From: Anthoceros angustus
Lineage: Eukaryota > Plantae > Anthocerotophyta
Direction: 5' to 3'
Assembly: GCA_010909165.1 (NCBI GenBank)
Contig: MU008187.1
Span: 314,247 to 378,246 of the forward strand
DNA length: 64,000 nucleotides
Under the pieces are notes generated by a model that searched no databases, had not been told where the DNA came from, and saw nothing but the letters and a program-made list of their open reading frames with translations. The position numbers and the translations under genes were made by a program. Positions within the stretch are counted from its first letter, which is position 1; each line of letters begins with the position of its first letter. Below are positions 38,734 through 51,600 of the stretch, in pieces.

Positions 38734-39289
38734 CTACACAGACGGCTTCACATCCTGCCAATCGTCATCAGGGGATGGCCTCCTTCCAGCTGCAATGATA
38801 TCCTCAAGCTCCTTGATCCACATCTGTTGCCAATCGAGAATTTGGGCAAGTAGAGGCGAGCAAAGCCGATTCAAAGCGGAAGTCGGGTTCTTGAGGTTCG
38901 AGTCTGCATTCTTTGGGACCCGAGCTCTCCCAGGAGAGGCCAGATTTGCCGGGAACTGTTCACAAGTCGTGCCAGTTCCTCCAGTGATCCGCACCTACCC
39001 ATGGTAGTGTACCCCTGACTTCTTCTGTATCTGGTGCAGCTCTGGGTTGCCTTCTGCGCCTCTCAACCTTTGGTGGTTCAGTACAGATCTTCCCGCTACG
39101 CATCTGCATCTCTTCCAAGCGATGGCGGGCATGACAGCTGAGTTTGATGGCGACAAGGAAGTTGAGAGCGATGGTGGCGGCCGCTAAACCCAGCGTAAGA
39201 TAGAAAGCCATTGTTGAGCGCTGAGGTTTAAGCGTAACCGCGACCCCGCTGAAAGCTGAGGGATCCCATTCCGTGACGATGGTGCGCAT
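38734..39289 (-). other. Antisense ORF pair downstream of RNase H with a hydrophobic segment
   Basis: AFYLTLGLAAATIALNFLVAI transmembrane-like stretch in 38960-39289; overlapping ORF 38734-38994. Confidence 0.3.
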
Positions 39290-39334
39290 ATCTTATGACC
39301 GTCTGCTATACCCACCTTAGACCTAGTGTTGCTT

Positions 39335-39540
39335 GAGAGGGAGTGTTGGAAGTAAAGCCAACATCTAGTCTAAGTAGTATTAGGGTTTGGTTATATGCCC
39401 AAATGAAGCGTCATTAGCGTTTAGTATATAAGTAAGACACATTAACAATTTTGTACACACAAATCATTTTGTTTTTCTCAGACAAAGTTTAGTTGAGCCA
39501 AAATTGCTCTCGCACTTTTCTGACTTGGCCCAAGACAATG
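39335..39540 (+). repeat. PPT (GAGAGGGAG) plus Copia-type LTR start TGTTGGAAG (duplicated at 43709)
   Basis: Purine tract directly followed by TG. The LTR start resembles the inner Copia LTR in style. Right LTR boundary uncertain. Confidence 0.55.
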
Positions 39541-42500
39541 GCCACATGAGCTGGTTAGGTTGTGCACGACAAACGTGGTGGTGCAGCAATTGGCCACGTT
39601 CAGTGAGGACATACACCAACTGATTCACCTATAAACATGGTTGGAAAACACATTGAGCGAGATGAACTGGTGAAGACCATGGCTCGCTCGCCCTCCTTCA
39701 CGAGAGGCGCCATCTTTGTCATAGCAAAGTGCTCTCGCTCACCACCTTGATCGTGCTACATCCGTCTTGCGAGGGAGCACGCCTTGACAAAGTGTAGCAC
39801 TTCAAACTCCAAACTACCTACAATTTAGGAAATTCTCTCAAGGTTATTTGAAGAGTATTTTGGAACTCGTTGGCTTCAATATCGACGTTTGTTTTGTTTT
39901 TAGAGAATAATATCGTGACTTGGAAAGAAAGCATGTATGTGCATACCTATCTAGTATATACGTAGATATTTTTATAAATATTTTAAATTAAAAAATATCA
40001 TTGCTACAAAAGATAAACAACTTGGCATCACTTCCCACTTTTGGAAGTGATATTCAAGATAGTCCGACACTACAGCTTACAAATATCATCTTTTTAAGCG
40101 AGAAGGCGAGAACTTTATAGATAAGTAAACACAAATAGAGGCCTCTTATGAGAACGAAAAATAGACTCACACCACGGACCAACCAACAGCCAACCCGTGC
40201 CAAATCTATACCACTGCTAAAGCTACTTGACCAGTCAAAGCGAAAACAAATAATTACACGGGCCTGAGCCAAGCGCAATACAAATATCATCTCACAATAT
40301 CTTTAAATTTTGCTCCACTCCAATGTAACTTAAACATCTCTTCTAGATATTTGATGAGGCCATCTTTGGCTTTGAATATAATATTTCTTCAATCTAGGGT
40401 TTTTTACTATTCCTATCTTTTCTACCATAAAGGGGTTGACAACATCATAACGACCAAAGCGAAGGTCGATGGATGTGTGTCACGAAAACACTCATCTTCG
40501 ATCCAACACAGGTGACACGATTTGAAGCTCTCTTGTCTTTCGGCAATACTTCAAATCCACGTTGTTTTCATTATCTGAGCATGATGTCCTCTTTCAAGTC
40601 ATATGGAAGTTGTTCAAACAAAGGAATGGGAGCGAGTTACGTTCTCCATATCTTTTGACACTTGTGCACTAATCGTATTTTTCTCCTTGCGTTTAAGATT
40701 ATTTGGGTATGAATGTAGCTCATGAACCCGACATTTACACATATATAGCCCGATATCTAAATTTTATTAGTAAGAAGTTTGACGTCCAAGGACTATTGAG
40801 TTCATAATTATGAGTTCCTAAATCCAAGGGCTATTAACTAGAGAAACTCCAAAATTCAAGGAGGGTTTACAAAATAATCAATTGTAAATTAAGTTAGTTA
40901 TATAATAACTAAATCCTAAATCTTTAACTCTCCTCTCAACTAAGCTGGAATGCAAATACTCATCTTCTCATTGAAAACTTTGGAAGTGACTAGAACTCTT
41001 TGCGGACAACTTTTAGAAGTGATGTTCGAGGTATTCATGCACAAACACAAACAACCTTTTGGACTAAAACTCATGGTACTTATGTCCTACCTAGTTCTAG
41101 TGCAAAAGCTTATAATCATACGGGTTAATGCAAGTATCATCTCATAATGCCATGACCAAGCTCACAATGTCGATTACATTGAGTTTGTCATTCAATAAGC
41201 ACGCGAGCACCCCAAATGCTCAAAACCATGCATACCTACTAGGGCTTCTAAGGGTGTGATTTTCAAGAGTAACTCGAACCCACAATCTCAATTTGCATTC
41301 ACACTTGACCGCAACACATAAAGGAGCCGGCCCATGAGGAGATTGCAATCCTTGCGGCATGGCATAGGAGAAAGGCCTTGGATGGGACGGTGGAGCTCTG
41401 CCGTTTGATTTGCTAGTGCAAGAGTTGCTTTTGCACACCCCTTCCAAGGGTTCTACATGGGTGATGCCTAGTGCTTGCTTGAGGTAGTTCATCCGGCTTC
41501 TAAGTAGGCAAAGATGAGTGATTATACCGTCGCACCCAATCTATGTCTTTCGGGACGTGACGTGCGGTGAATGTCACGACTGTTGAAGCTCTCTTGTCTT
41601 TCGGCAATACTTCAAATCCACGTTGTTTTCATTATACGAAGCATGATGTCCTCTTTCAAGTCATATGGAAGTTGTTCAAACAAAGGAATGGGGCTTTCGT
41701 TCTCCATATCTTTTGACACTTGTGCACTAATCGTATTTTTCTACCTTGCGTTTAAGATTATTTGGGTATGAATGTAGCTCATGAACCCGACATTTACACA
41801 TATATAGCACGATATCTAAATTTTATTAGTAAGAAGTTTGACGTCCAAGGACTATTGAGTTCATAATTAAGGAGTTCCTAAATCCAAGGGCTATTAACTA
41901 GAGAAACTCCAAAATTCAAGGAGGGTTTACAAAATAATCAATTGTAAATTAAGTTAGTTATATAATAACTAAATCCTAAATCTTTAACTCTCCTCTCAAC
42001 TAACTGGAATGCAAATACTCATCTTCTCATTGAAAACTTTGGAAGTGACTAGAACTCTTTGCGGACAACTTTTAGAAGTGATGTTCGAGGTATTCATGCA
42101 CAAACACAAACAACCTTTTGGACTAAAACTCATGGTACTTATGTCCTACCTAGTTCTAGTGCAAAAGCTTATAATCATACGGGTTAATGCAAGTATCATC
42201 TCATAATGCCATGACCAAGCTCACAATGTCGATTACATTGAGTTTGTCATTCAATAAGCACCGAGCACCCCAAATGCTCAAAACCATGCATACCTACTAG
42301 GGCTTCTAAGGGTGTGATTTTCAAGAGTAACTCGAACCCACAATCTCAATTTGCATTCACACTTGACCGCGCAACACATAAAGGAGCCAGCCCATGAGGA
42401 GATTGCAATCCTTGCAGCATGGCATAGGGAGAAAGGCCTTGGATGGGACAGGGGGTGGAGCTCTGCCGTTTTGATTTGCTAGTGCAAGAGTTGCTTTGCG

Positions 42501-43559
42501 CACACCCCTTCCAAGGGGTTCTACATGGGTGATGCCTAGTGCTTGCTTGAGGTAGTTCATCTGGCTTCTAAGTAGGCAAAGATGAGTGATTATACCGTCG
42601 CACCCAATCTATGTCTTTCGGGACGTCGAAACTGTGGCGGAATGTCCGGCTGTTGAGCTCGTACTTGAGGCAAATTTATTCAGTGACTTGTGGATATGGA
42701 TTTGATAGATAGTCCTTGGATGGATGACTTAGAGCTAGATGTAGAAATACGGATCATTAGCCACTTATGTATGCAACATCTTCAAGGGCCCGAGGAGGGA
42801 CTAGGTTGGGGCCTAGTCACCTTTTAGGTCCTTTTTGTTGTATTCTTTATATTATAATTTGAAGTATTTAACGAAAAACTTGACCGCCAAAGTAATAAAG
42901 ACCTACCGTCTTGTTAAGTGACATGGGTCTTACATGACAATCCACGAAGAAGAAGAAAAGGAGAAGAATTTTATTGAAGTCCATTAAGGACGGATATCCG
43001 TCATGGGACTTGGTACTTAACAACTTGTACCATGGTGTGTCTAAGCTATGTACTTGCACCAAGGGCATCCACTCCCTTCATGCACCCAATCTAAGCACCC
43101 AATCTAAGTACCCATCTAAGTGCGGGGACTTGTGCCAACAACTTGTACCATGGTGTGCCTAAGCTACTTGCACCAAGGGCATCCACACCCGATCTAAGTA
43201 CCCATCTAAGCGGCAGGATACTTAATCACAGCGTTCTTATGAATGTGTCCATTTGAAGCCCTGTCCTATCCAAGTGAGGTGGGCTCTCTGCAAGTGATTC
43301 ACCTCGGATTGGACGTGGGTTTCTTGGGTCAATTGTCACGAGGTTCTTCTAAAAGACCAAGTTACGATGTGGTTCGCGAATCACACTTGCATGCCACCAA
43401 ATCCTATACGCAATGGGCAAATGAAAGCCACGAAACAATAGGCGGAGAGGGAATACACCGGAGCACACAAAAGCATGCATGGGCGGTGCCACAAACCTCA
43501 TCTTCTGCGTAGGTGTGTTCCACTTACGCCATATATTAAATCTCCCTATTCATCATGAA

Positions 43560-43708
43560 ATGTATCGCTAATGACGATCCGGGTATTACCTCACTCTTGG
43601 ATGCTTCTCATCCCCAACCAAAAAGCTATGCCTCTCCCTCTATGTGCATCCACCAACTCGACCGGTTGCTTCCATGCCCGAGTCACGTGCTCTTCTAGCC
43701 CGCATCTT
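43560..43708 (-). pseudogene. Duplicated 3' end (E+/PG box) of the PPR gene
   Basis: Matches 48590-48737, with CTG>CG changes. Confidence 0.85.
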
Positions 43709-43816
43709 GAGAGGGAGTGTTGGAAGTAAAGCCAACATCTAGTCTAAGTAGTATTAGGGTTTGGTTATATGCCCAAATGAAGCGTCATTAGCGTTTAGTA
43801 TATAAGTAAGACACAT

Positions 43817-45479
43817 TGTGGAGTGCCAAATCCGATGTCCGTACTCTTGGCGGCTTGTTTTGCTTTTTTTTCGGGTCGTTACTGTTAAGAGGGATAGGGA
43901 GGAGTTAGCCAATAAGGCCATTTTCGGATTGCACTTACAAGCAATCCTAGACCCTCGGTCCGTCAGGCGGTCGAGATGGTCCGTCGGGCGGTCAGGCCGG
44001 GTGAATTGGGCGAGGCGGTCAGGCGAGGTCCGTCCGGGCGAGGTCCAGGCCGGAGTGGTCCGTCAGGGGCGGTCAGGCGAGGTGGTGGTCGTCCGGGCGA
44101 GGTCCGGCGGAGTGGTCGTCGGGCGAGGTCCGGCGGGTGGTCCGTCCGAGGCGTCCGGAGTGGTCGTCCGGGCGAGTCCGGCGGGTGGTCCGTCCGGGCG
44201 GTCAGGCGGGTGGTCCGTCGAGGTCAGGCGGTCCGGCGGGTGGTCCGACGGGTGGTCCGTCGGGCGGTCGGCCAGTGGTCCGTCCGGGCGAGGTCCGGCG
44301 GGTGGTCCGTCCTTGAGAGGTCCGTGAGTGGTCCGTCCGAGGCGGTCAGGCGGTGGTGCAGGCGGGTGGTTTAGTTTGGTGGGCATCGCCTGGCATGGAT
44401 CTACTGTTTGGCGGGGAAGCAGCTGGTGCAAGAAGTCCGGCGCAGTGATGAGCTACGTCCCGGCGGTTACCACGACCCAGGGTTAGGGTACATACATAGC
44501 AGGGTTAGGATACATACATAGGCGGGTTAGGTTAGGGTATGGGGAGTATATAGGAAGGCCTGGCGTCCAAGACGGCAGACTATCCCGGGTACCATCTTCG
44601 CGCTCCGTGTGCTCTTGCCTTCCGTGCTCGAGGAGCGGAGTGAGTTCTGCGTCACCGTGCGGGATTAATTGGTGGTAGAGGATGTGTTTAGAGCTACGGT
44701 GACGAGCTCCGCCAACACGCTTGATGAGTGCGGAGGGGTCGGACTGAGCTCGGGAGGTGCTCGCGGGTGATTTCTCGGGTCGAGACTAACCTTGGAGGCT
44801 GCTGGAGCGGAGGCTGGGGATGCAGTGAAGCCACTTCTCATGAGCGTGAAGCGGTAGGAGGATTAGGAGGCGCTTGGGGTGACCTGGCGGAAGCCATCCT
44901 TGGAGGCTGCTGGAGCATGTGGGGATGCAGTGCGAAGCCACTTCTCATGAGCGTGGGCGGTAGGAGGAGGCGCTTGGGGTGACTGCTGGGCGGAAGCCAT
45001 CCTTGGAGGCTCTTTGGAGCGGAGGCATGGGGTTGCGCAAAGCTACTTCTCCATGAGCAGTGAGCGGTAGGAAGGGGCAAAGCGGCTGGTGTGAATACAT
45101 CGGCGTGTTGGTGTTGTGACTACTAGTGAATGGATAAGGGAGAAGGGTCGTGTTACGGCGTGTGTGTTGAGGTGGAGTTGTGGCGGACGAGTTGAGGCCG
45201 GTTGGGCGCTAAGTCACGTGGGCGAAGGAGCGTCGTTAAACTGTTCGGTAATCTTGGAGAAATCGGCGGGGTTTGTGGGAAGGTCAGGTGGGCACGCTGG
45301 TCCCGAGTTGGGGAGGGGCACACACTTAGGGTTGTGGAGCCGGACCCAACTGATGAAGTCCGTTGATGGCGGTACAGAGCTCGAGGCGGAATAAGCGAGA
45401 CCATTCCTTGGAGCGGACTCCTTCCTACAGCGACAGGATTGTGCGCGCACGGTGCGGCCATCGACAAAGTCGCGCCACA
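43817..45479. mobile_element. Probable solo LTR (1663 bp)
   Basis: TGTGG...CCACA ends and CACAT TSD (43812-43816 and 45480-45484). Copy A has a single CACAT at the equivalent site (~39437). Internal GGTCCGTC-type microrepeats at 43955-44370 and ~70-bp repeats at 44790-45060. Confidence 0.8.
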
Positions 45480-48400
45480 CACATTAACAATTTTGTACAC
45501 ACAAATCATTTTGTTTTTACGTATTGCAAAGTTTAGTTGAGCCAAAATTGCTCTCCGCACTTTTCTGACAGCCCAAGACAATGGCCACATGGTAGTTAGG
45601 TTGTGCACGACAAAGCGTGGTGGTGCGACAATTTAAAATCGGCGAGGACATACACCAACTTTGATTCACCTCGCAAACATGGTTGGAAAACACATTAATG
45701 ACGGATGAGCTGGGTGAAGACCATGGCTCGCTCGACCCTCCTTCACGAGAGGCGCCATCTTTGTCATAGCAAAGTGCTCTCGCTCACCACTATGATCCCG
45801 TGCTACATCCGTCTTGCGAGGGGAGCACGCCTTGACAAAGTGTAGCACTTGAGCTCCAAACTACCTACAATTTAGGAAATTCTCTCAAGGTTATTTGAAG
45901 GCTGTATTTTGGAACTCGTTGGCTTCACAATATCGGCGTTTGTTTTTGTTTTTAGAGAATAATATCGACGACTTGGTAGAAAGCATGTATGTGCATACCT
46001 ATCTAGTATATCGTAGATATTTTTATAAATATTTTAAATTAAAAATATCATTGCTACAAAGATAAACAACTTGGCATCACTTCCCACTTTTGGAAGTGAT
46101 ATTCAAGATAGTCCGACACTCTGACTTACAAATATCATCTTTTTAAGCGAGAAGGCGAGAACTTTATAGATAAGTAAACACAAATAGAGGCCTCTTATGA
46201 GAGCGAAAAAATAGACTCACACCACGGGACCAGCAAGCCAACCCGTGCCAAATCTGACCCACCACATGCTAAAGCTCATTGACCAGTCAAACCGAAAACA
46301 AATAATTACACGAGCACGAGCCAAGCGCAATACAAATATCATCTCACAATATCTTTAAATTTTGCTCACTCAATGTAACTTAAACATCTCTTCTAGATAT
46401 TTGATGAGGCCATCTTTGGCTTTGAATATAATATTTCTTCAATCTAGGGTTTTTTTACTATTCCTATCTTTTCTACCATAAAAGGGGTTGACAACATCAT
46501 AACGACCAAGCGAAGGTGGCCGATGGGATGTGTGTCATACGAAAACACTCATCTTCAATCCAACGGTGACACCGATTTGAAGCTCTCTTGTCTTTCGGCA
46601 ATACTTCAAATCCCACGTTATTTTCATTATCTGAGCATGATGTCCTCTTTCAAGTCATATGGAAGTTGTTCAAACAAAGGAATGGGAGCGCTTTGTTCTC
46701 CATATCTTTTGACACTTGTGCACTAATCGTATTTTTCTCGCTTGCGTTTAAGATTATTTGGGTATGAATGTAGCTCATGAACCCGACATTTACACATATA
46801 TAGCCGATATCTAAATTTTATTAGTAAGAAGTTTCACGTCCAAGGACTATTGAGTTCATAATTAAGGAGTTCCTAAATCCAAGGGCTATTAACTAGAGAA
46901 ACTCCAAAATTCAAGGAGGGTTTACAAAAATAATCAATTGTAAATTAAGTTAGTTATATAATAACTAAATCCTAAATCTTTAACTCTCCTCTCAACTAAC
47001 TGGAATGCAAATACTCATCTTCTCATTGAAAACTTTGGAAGTGACTAGAACTCTTTGCACGGACAACTTTTAGAAGTGATGTTCGAGGTATTCATGCACA
47101 AACACAAAAAACCTTTTCGGACTAAAACTCATGGTACTTATGTCCTACCTAGTTCTAGTGCAAAAGCTTATAATCATACGGGTTAATGCAAGTATCATCT
47201 CATAATGCCATGACCAAGCTCACAATGTCAGGATTACATTGAGTTTGTCATTCAATAAGCACGAGCACCCCAAATGCTCAAAACCATGCATACCTACTAG
47301 GGCTTCTAAGGGTGTGATTTTCAAGAGTAACTCGAACCCACAATCTCAATTTGCATTCACACTTGACCGCAACACATAAAAGGAGCGGCCCATGAGGAGA
47401 TTGCAATCCTTACTGACATGGCATAGGAGAAAGGCCTTGGATGGGACAGGGGTGGAGCTCGCCGTTTGATTTGCTAGTGCAAGAGTTGCTTTACGCACAC
47501 CTTCCAAGGGGTTCTACATGGGTGATGCCTAGTGCTTGCTTGAGGTAGTTCATCCGGCTTCTAAGTAGGCAAAGATGAGTGATTATACCGTCGCACCCCA
47601 ATCTATGTCTTTCGGGACGTCGAGCACAACGAAAGCGGCGGAATGTCACACTGTTGAAGCTGTTACTCGTAGGCAAATTTATTCAATGACTTGTGGATAT
47701 GGATTTGATAGATAGTCCTTGGATGGATGACTTAGAGCTAGATGTAGAAATACGGATCATTAGCCACTTATGTATGCAACATCTTCAAGGGCCCATCGAG
47801 GAGGGACTAGGTTGGGGCCTAGTCACCTTTTAGGTCCTTTTTGTTGTATTCTTTATATTATAATTTGAAGTATTTAACACGAAAAACTTGACCGCATAAG
47901 TAATGCAAGACCTACTTCGTCTTGTTCGTGACATGGGTCTTACATGACAATCCACGAAGAAGAAGAAAAGGAGAAGAATTTTATTGAAGTCCATTAAGGA
48001 CGGATATCCGTCATGGGACTTGGTACTTAACAACTTGTACCATGGTGTGTCTAAGCTATGTACTTGCACCAAGGGCATCCACTCCTTCATGCACCCAATC
48101 TAAGCACCCAATCTAAGTACCCATCTAAGTGCAGGGACTTGTACTTAACAACTTGTACCATGGTGTGCCTAAGCTACTTGCACCAAGGGCATCCACACCC
48201 GATCTAAGTACCCATCTAAGCGCAGGATACTTAATCACGACGTTCTTATGAATGTGTCCATTTGAAGCCCTGTCCTATCCAGCAGGCTGGGCTGGCTTTC
48301 TTGCAAGTGATTCACCTCGGATTGGACGTGGGTTTCTTGCAGTCAATTGTGCGAGGGTTCTTCTAAAAGACCAAGTTACACGATAGCCGTGGTTCGCAGA

Positions 48401-48611
48401 ATCACACTTGCATGCCACCAAATCCTATCTGCAATGGGCAAATGAAAGCACAGAAACAATAGGCAGGAGGGAATACACCCAGAGCACACAAAAGCATGCA
48501 TGGGCAGTGCCCACAAACCTCATCTTCTGCGCCGTAGGTGTATTCCACTTCTGCCATATATTAAATCTCCCTATTCATCATGAAATGTATCTGCTAATGA
48601 CGATCCCGGTA

Positions 48612-51600
48612 TTACCTCACTCTTGGATGCTTCTCATCCCCAACCAAAAAGCTATGCACCTCTCCCTCTATGTCTGTCCACCAACTCTGACCCGGTTGCT
48701 TCCATGCCCTGATGCGTACTCTTCTAGCCCGCATCTTCTGTGCCTGCTCCCACATCTGGGCACCAGTGTATATATTCGACATCAACAGATATGCTGCCGC
48801 ATCTGCCTTCTCTAGTTTCACTGCTTCTTCAAAAGCATACCTTCCAATCTCCACGTTGCTCCACTTTCGGCAAGCACTCAACAGAGTGTGCCAAACTGCA
48901 GCATTAGCCAATACATGCATCGTCCTTACCATATCTAGCGCCTCCTGCAGTCTGCCTGCGCGGCCTAGGAGATCCACCATGCATGTGTAGTGCTCGACTG
49001 TGGGAGTGATGCCGTCATGCTTGCTCATAACCTCAAAGTACTCTCTCCCTCTGTCTACTAGACCCGCATGACTGCACACAGTCAGTACACTCAGGAATGT
49101 GATGCCCACTGGCTGTATGCCCTCCAGTCTCATTTTCTGAACCAAGTCGAACACCACTTCACTGTCTCCCTTACAGGTGTAGCCTGCAATTAGAGCACTC
49201 CACGCAACAATGCCTCTTTCGGGCAATGCGTTAAATACCTGCTGGGCATCGGCCATGCTCCCAGACTTTCCATACATGTTAACCAAACTGCTGGCCACAA
49301 CCACATCACCTTGAAGTCCTTTTTCTTCAATCTGCGCATGTAGCTGCCTTCCCACATGCAAGGCTGCCACATTTGCACACGCCTGCAGGAGGCACGCAAA
49401 TGTCACTGCATCGGGCACAGTGATCCCTTCCTCTTCCATAGCCCGGTAGACCCGAAGGGCTTCCTGGCCCACACCCTGCTGGGAATACCCTGCAATTAGA
49501 GCAGTCCATGTAACCAAATCTCTTTCTACAAGTCCATCGAAGACACTCTGAGCATCTTCTAGGCTGCCACATTTTGCATACATATTCACCAGACTGTTGG
49601 CTACACACAAATCAGCTTGATGCTCATGTTCCCTAATTTGCACATGAATCTGCTTCCCTTTATCCAAAGCTGAGGTGCCCATACTTGCACATGCCTGCAG
49701 AAGACACACAAATGTCACAGAATCGGGTACAGCAACACCTCCTTCTTCCATTAAGCTGTAGAGATGAAGGGCTTCTTGGCCCATTCCCTGCTGGGAATAC
49801 CCTGCTATGATTGCATTCCAGGTCACCACATCCTTTTGACCAAGTGCGTCAAAGATTCGCTGAGCATCTTCCAAGCTGCCACATTTTGCATACATGTTCA
49901 ACAAACTATTGGTTACAAACAAATCAGTGTCATATCCTCGTTTTCCAATTTCCTCATGAAGTTGCTTCCCCCTGTCCAAGGCTAGGGTGCCCACAGTTGC
50001 ACATGCCTGGAGGGCGCAAATAAATGTCACAGGATCAGGTGCAGGGAAGCCTACATCTTGCATGATGCTGTAGAGACGGAGCGCTTCCTGCCCCATACCC
50101 TGTTGCGAATATCCTGCTATCATGGCATTCCATGTCACCACATCCTTGCGATGAAGTCTGTCAAACACTTTCTGTGCATCACATGGGCTGCCACATTTTG
50201 CATACATGTTTACCAAACTGCAGGCTACAAAGTCATCACTTTCATATTCTCGTTCTGTAAGTTTTGCATGAAGCTGCTTACCTCTCTCCAAAGCTGGACT
50301 TCCGACACTTGCACATGCCTGCAAAAGGCACACATATGTCCCAGAATTGGGTTCAGCCACCCCTTCATCTTGCATAACGCTGTACAATTGAAGGGCTTCT
50401 TTTCCCATGCCCTGATGGGAAAAACCTGCTATCATGGCAGTCCATGTCACCACGTCTTTTTGACTGACTCCATCAAAAACTCTCCGAGCATCTTCTAGGC
50501 TGCCACACTTTGCATACATGTCTATTAAACTGTTAGCTACAAACCCATCAGCATGATGTCCTCGTTCTCTGATTTGGGCATGAAGCTGCTTACCCTTTGC
50601 CAAAGCTGGGGCGCCCAGGCTCGCACATGCCTGTAGGAGGTACACAAATGTCACTGAATTTGGCACAGCTATTCCTTCTTCTTGCATAGCACTGTAAAGA
50701 CGAAGGGCTTCCTCCCCCATGCCTTGCTGGCAATATCCCGCAATTAGAGTAGTCCATGTGACCACATCTCTTTGACCAAGTCCATCAAACACTTTCTGAG
50801 CATGTTCCAGGCTGCCACACTTTGCATACATGTTTACCAAACTGTTGGCTACAGCTACATCAGCTTCATATCCTTGTATCTTGATTTGCATATGAAGGTC
50901 CTTCCCCTTCCTCCAAGCAGGGGTGCCCACACTCGCACATGCCTGCAGGAGACAAACAAATGTTATGGAGTTTGGTATTGCCATACCTTCTTCTTCCATT
51001 GCACTGTAAACACAAAGGGCTTCCTGGCCCATTCCCTGCTGGGAATAACCTGCAATTAGGGAGGTCCATGTCACCACATCTTTTTGACCGAGACCATCAA
51101 ATACTTTCTGGGCGTCTTCCAAGCTGCCACACTTTGCGTACATGTTCACCAAGCTGTTGGCTACAAACGCATCAACTTGATGACCTCGTTCTTTGATTTG
51201 CGCATGCAACTGCTTCCCCTTCTCCAAAGCTGGGGTCCCCATATCTGCACATGCCTGCAGGAGGCACACGAATGTCACAGAATCCGGAACAGCACCAACT
51301 CCTTGCATAGCACTGTAGAGGCGCAGGGCTTCTTGGGTCATGCCCTGCTGGGAATATCCTGCAATCATGGCATTCCACGTGACCACATCCTTTCGATCAA
51401 GTCCATCAAACACCCTCTGCGCTTCGTCCAAGCTACCACACTTTGCAAACATGTTTACCAAACTGTTGGCTACACACAGATCCGCTTGAAGTCCGCATTC
51501 TCCGATTTGCACATAAAGCTGCTTCCCAGTGTCCAAAGCTTGGCTGCCCAGAGTTGCACATGCCTGCAGGAGGCAAACAAATGTTACGGCGTCAGGCACA

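Larger units (their letters stand above)
39332..48737. repeat. Tandem segmental duplication: copy A 39332-43708, copy B 43706-48737
   Basis: Collinear AT-rich sequence with a CTT microhomology junction. A also has an internal ~1.07-kb duplication (~40520-42640), and B has a solo-LTR insertion. Confidence 0.88.

Noticed and set aside
43955-44370. Short GGTCCGTC repeats as a possible CRISPR-like array
   Set aside because: No constant-length unique spacers and no cas genes; an LTR-internal microsatellite.
44478-44545. GGGTTAGGG telomere-like motifs
   Set aside because: Few, interrupted and inside a solo LTR; not a telomeric array.
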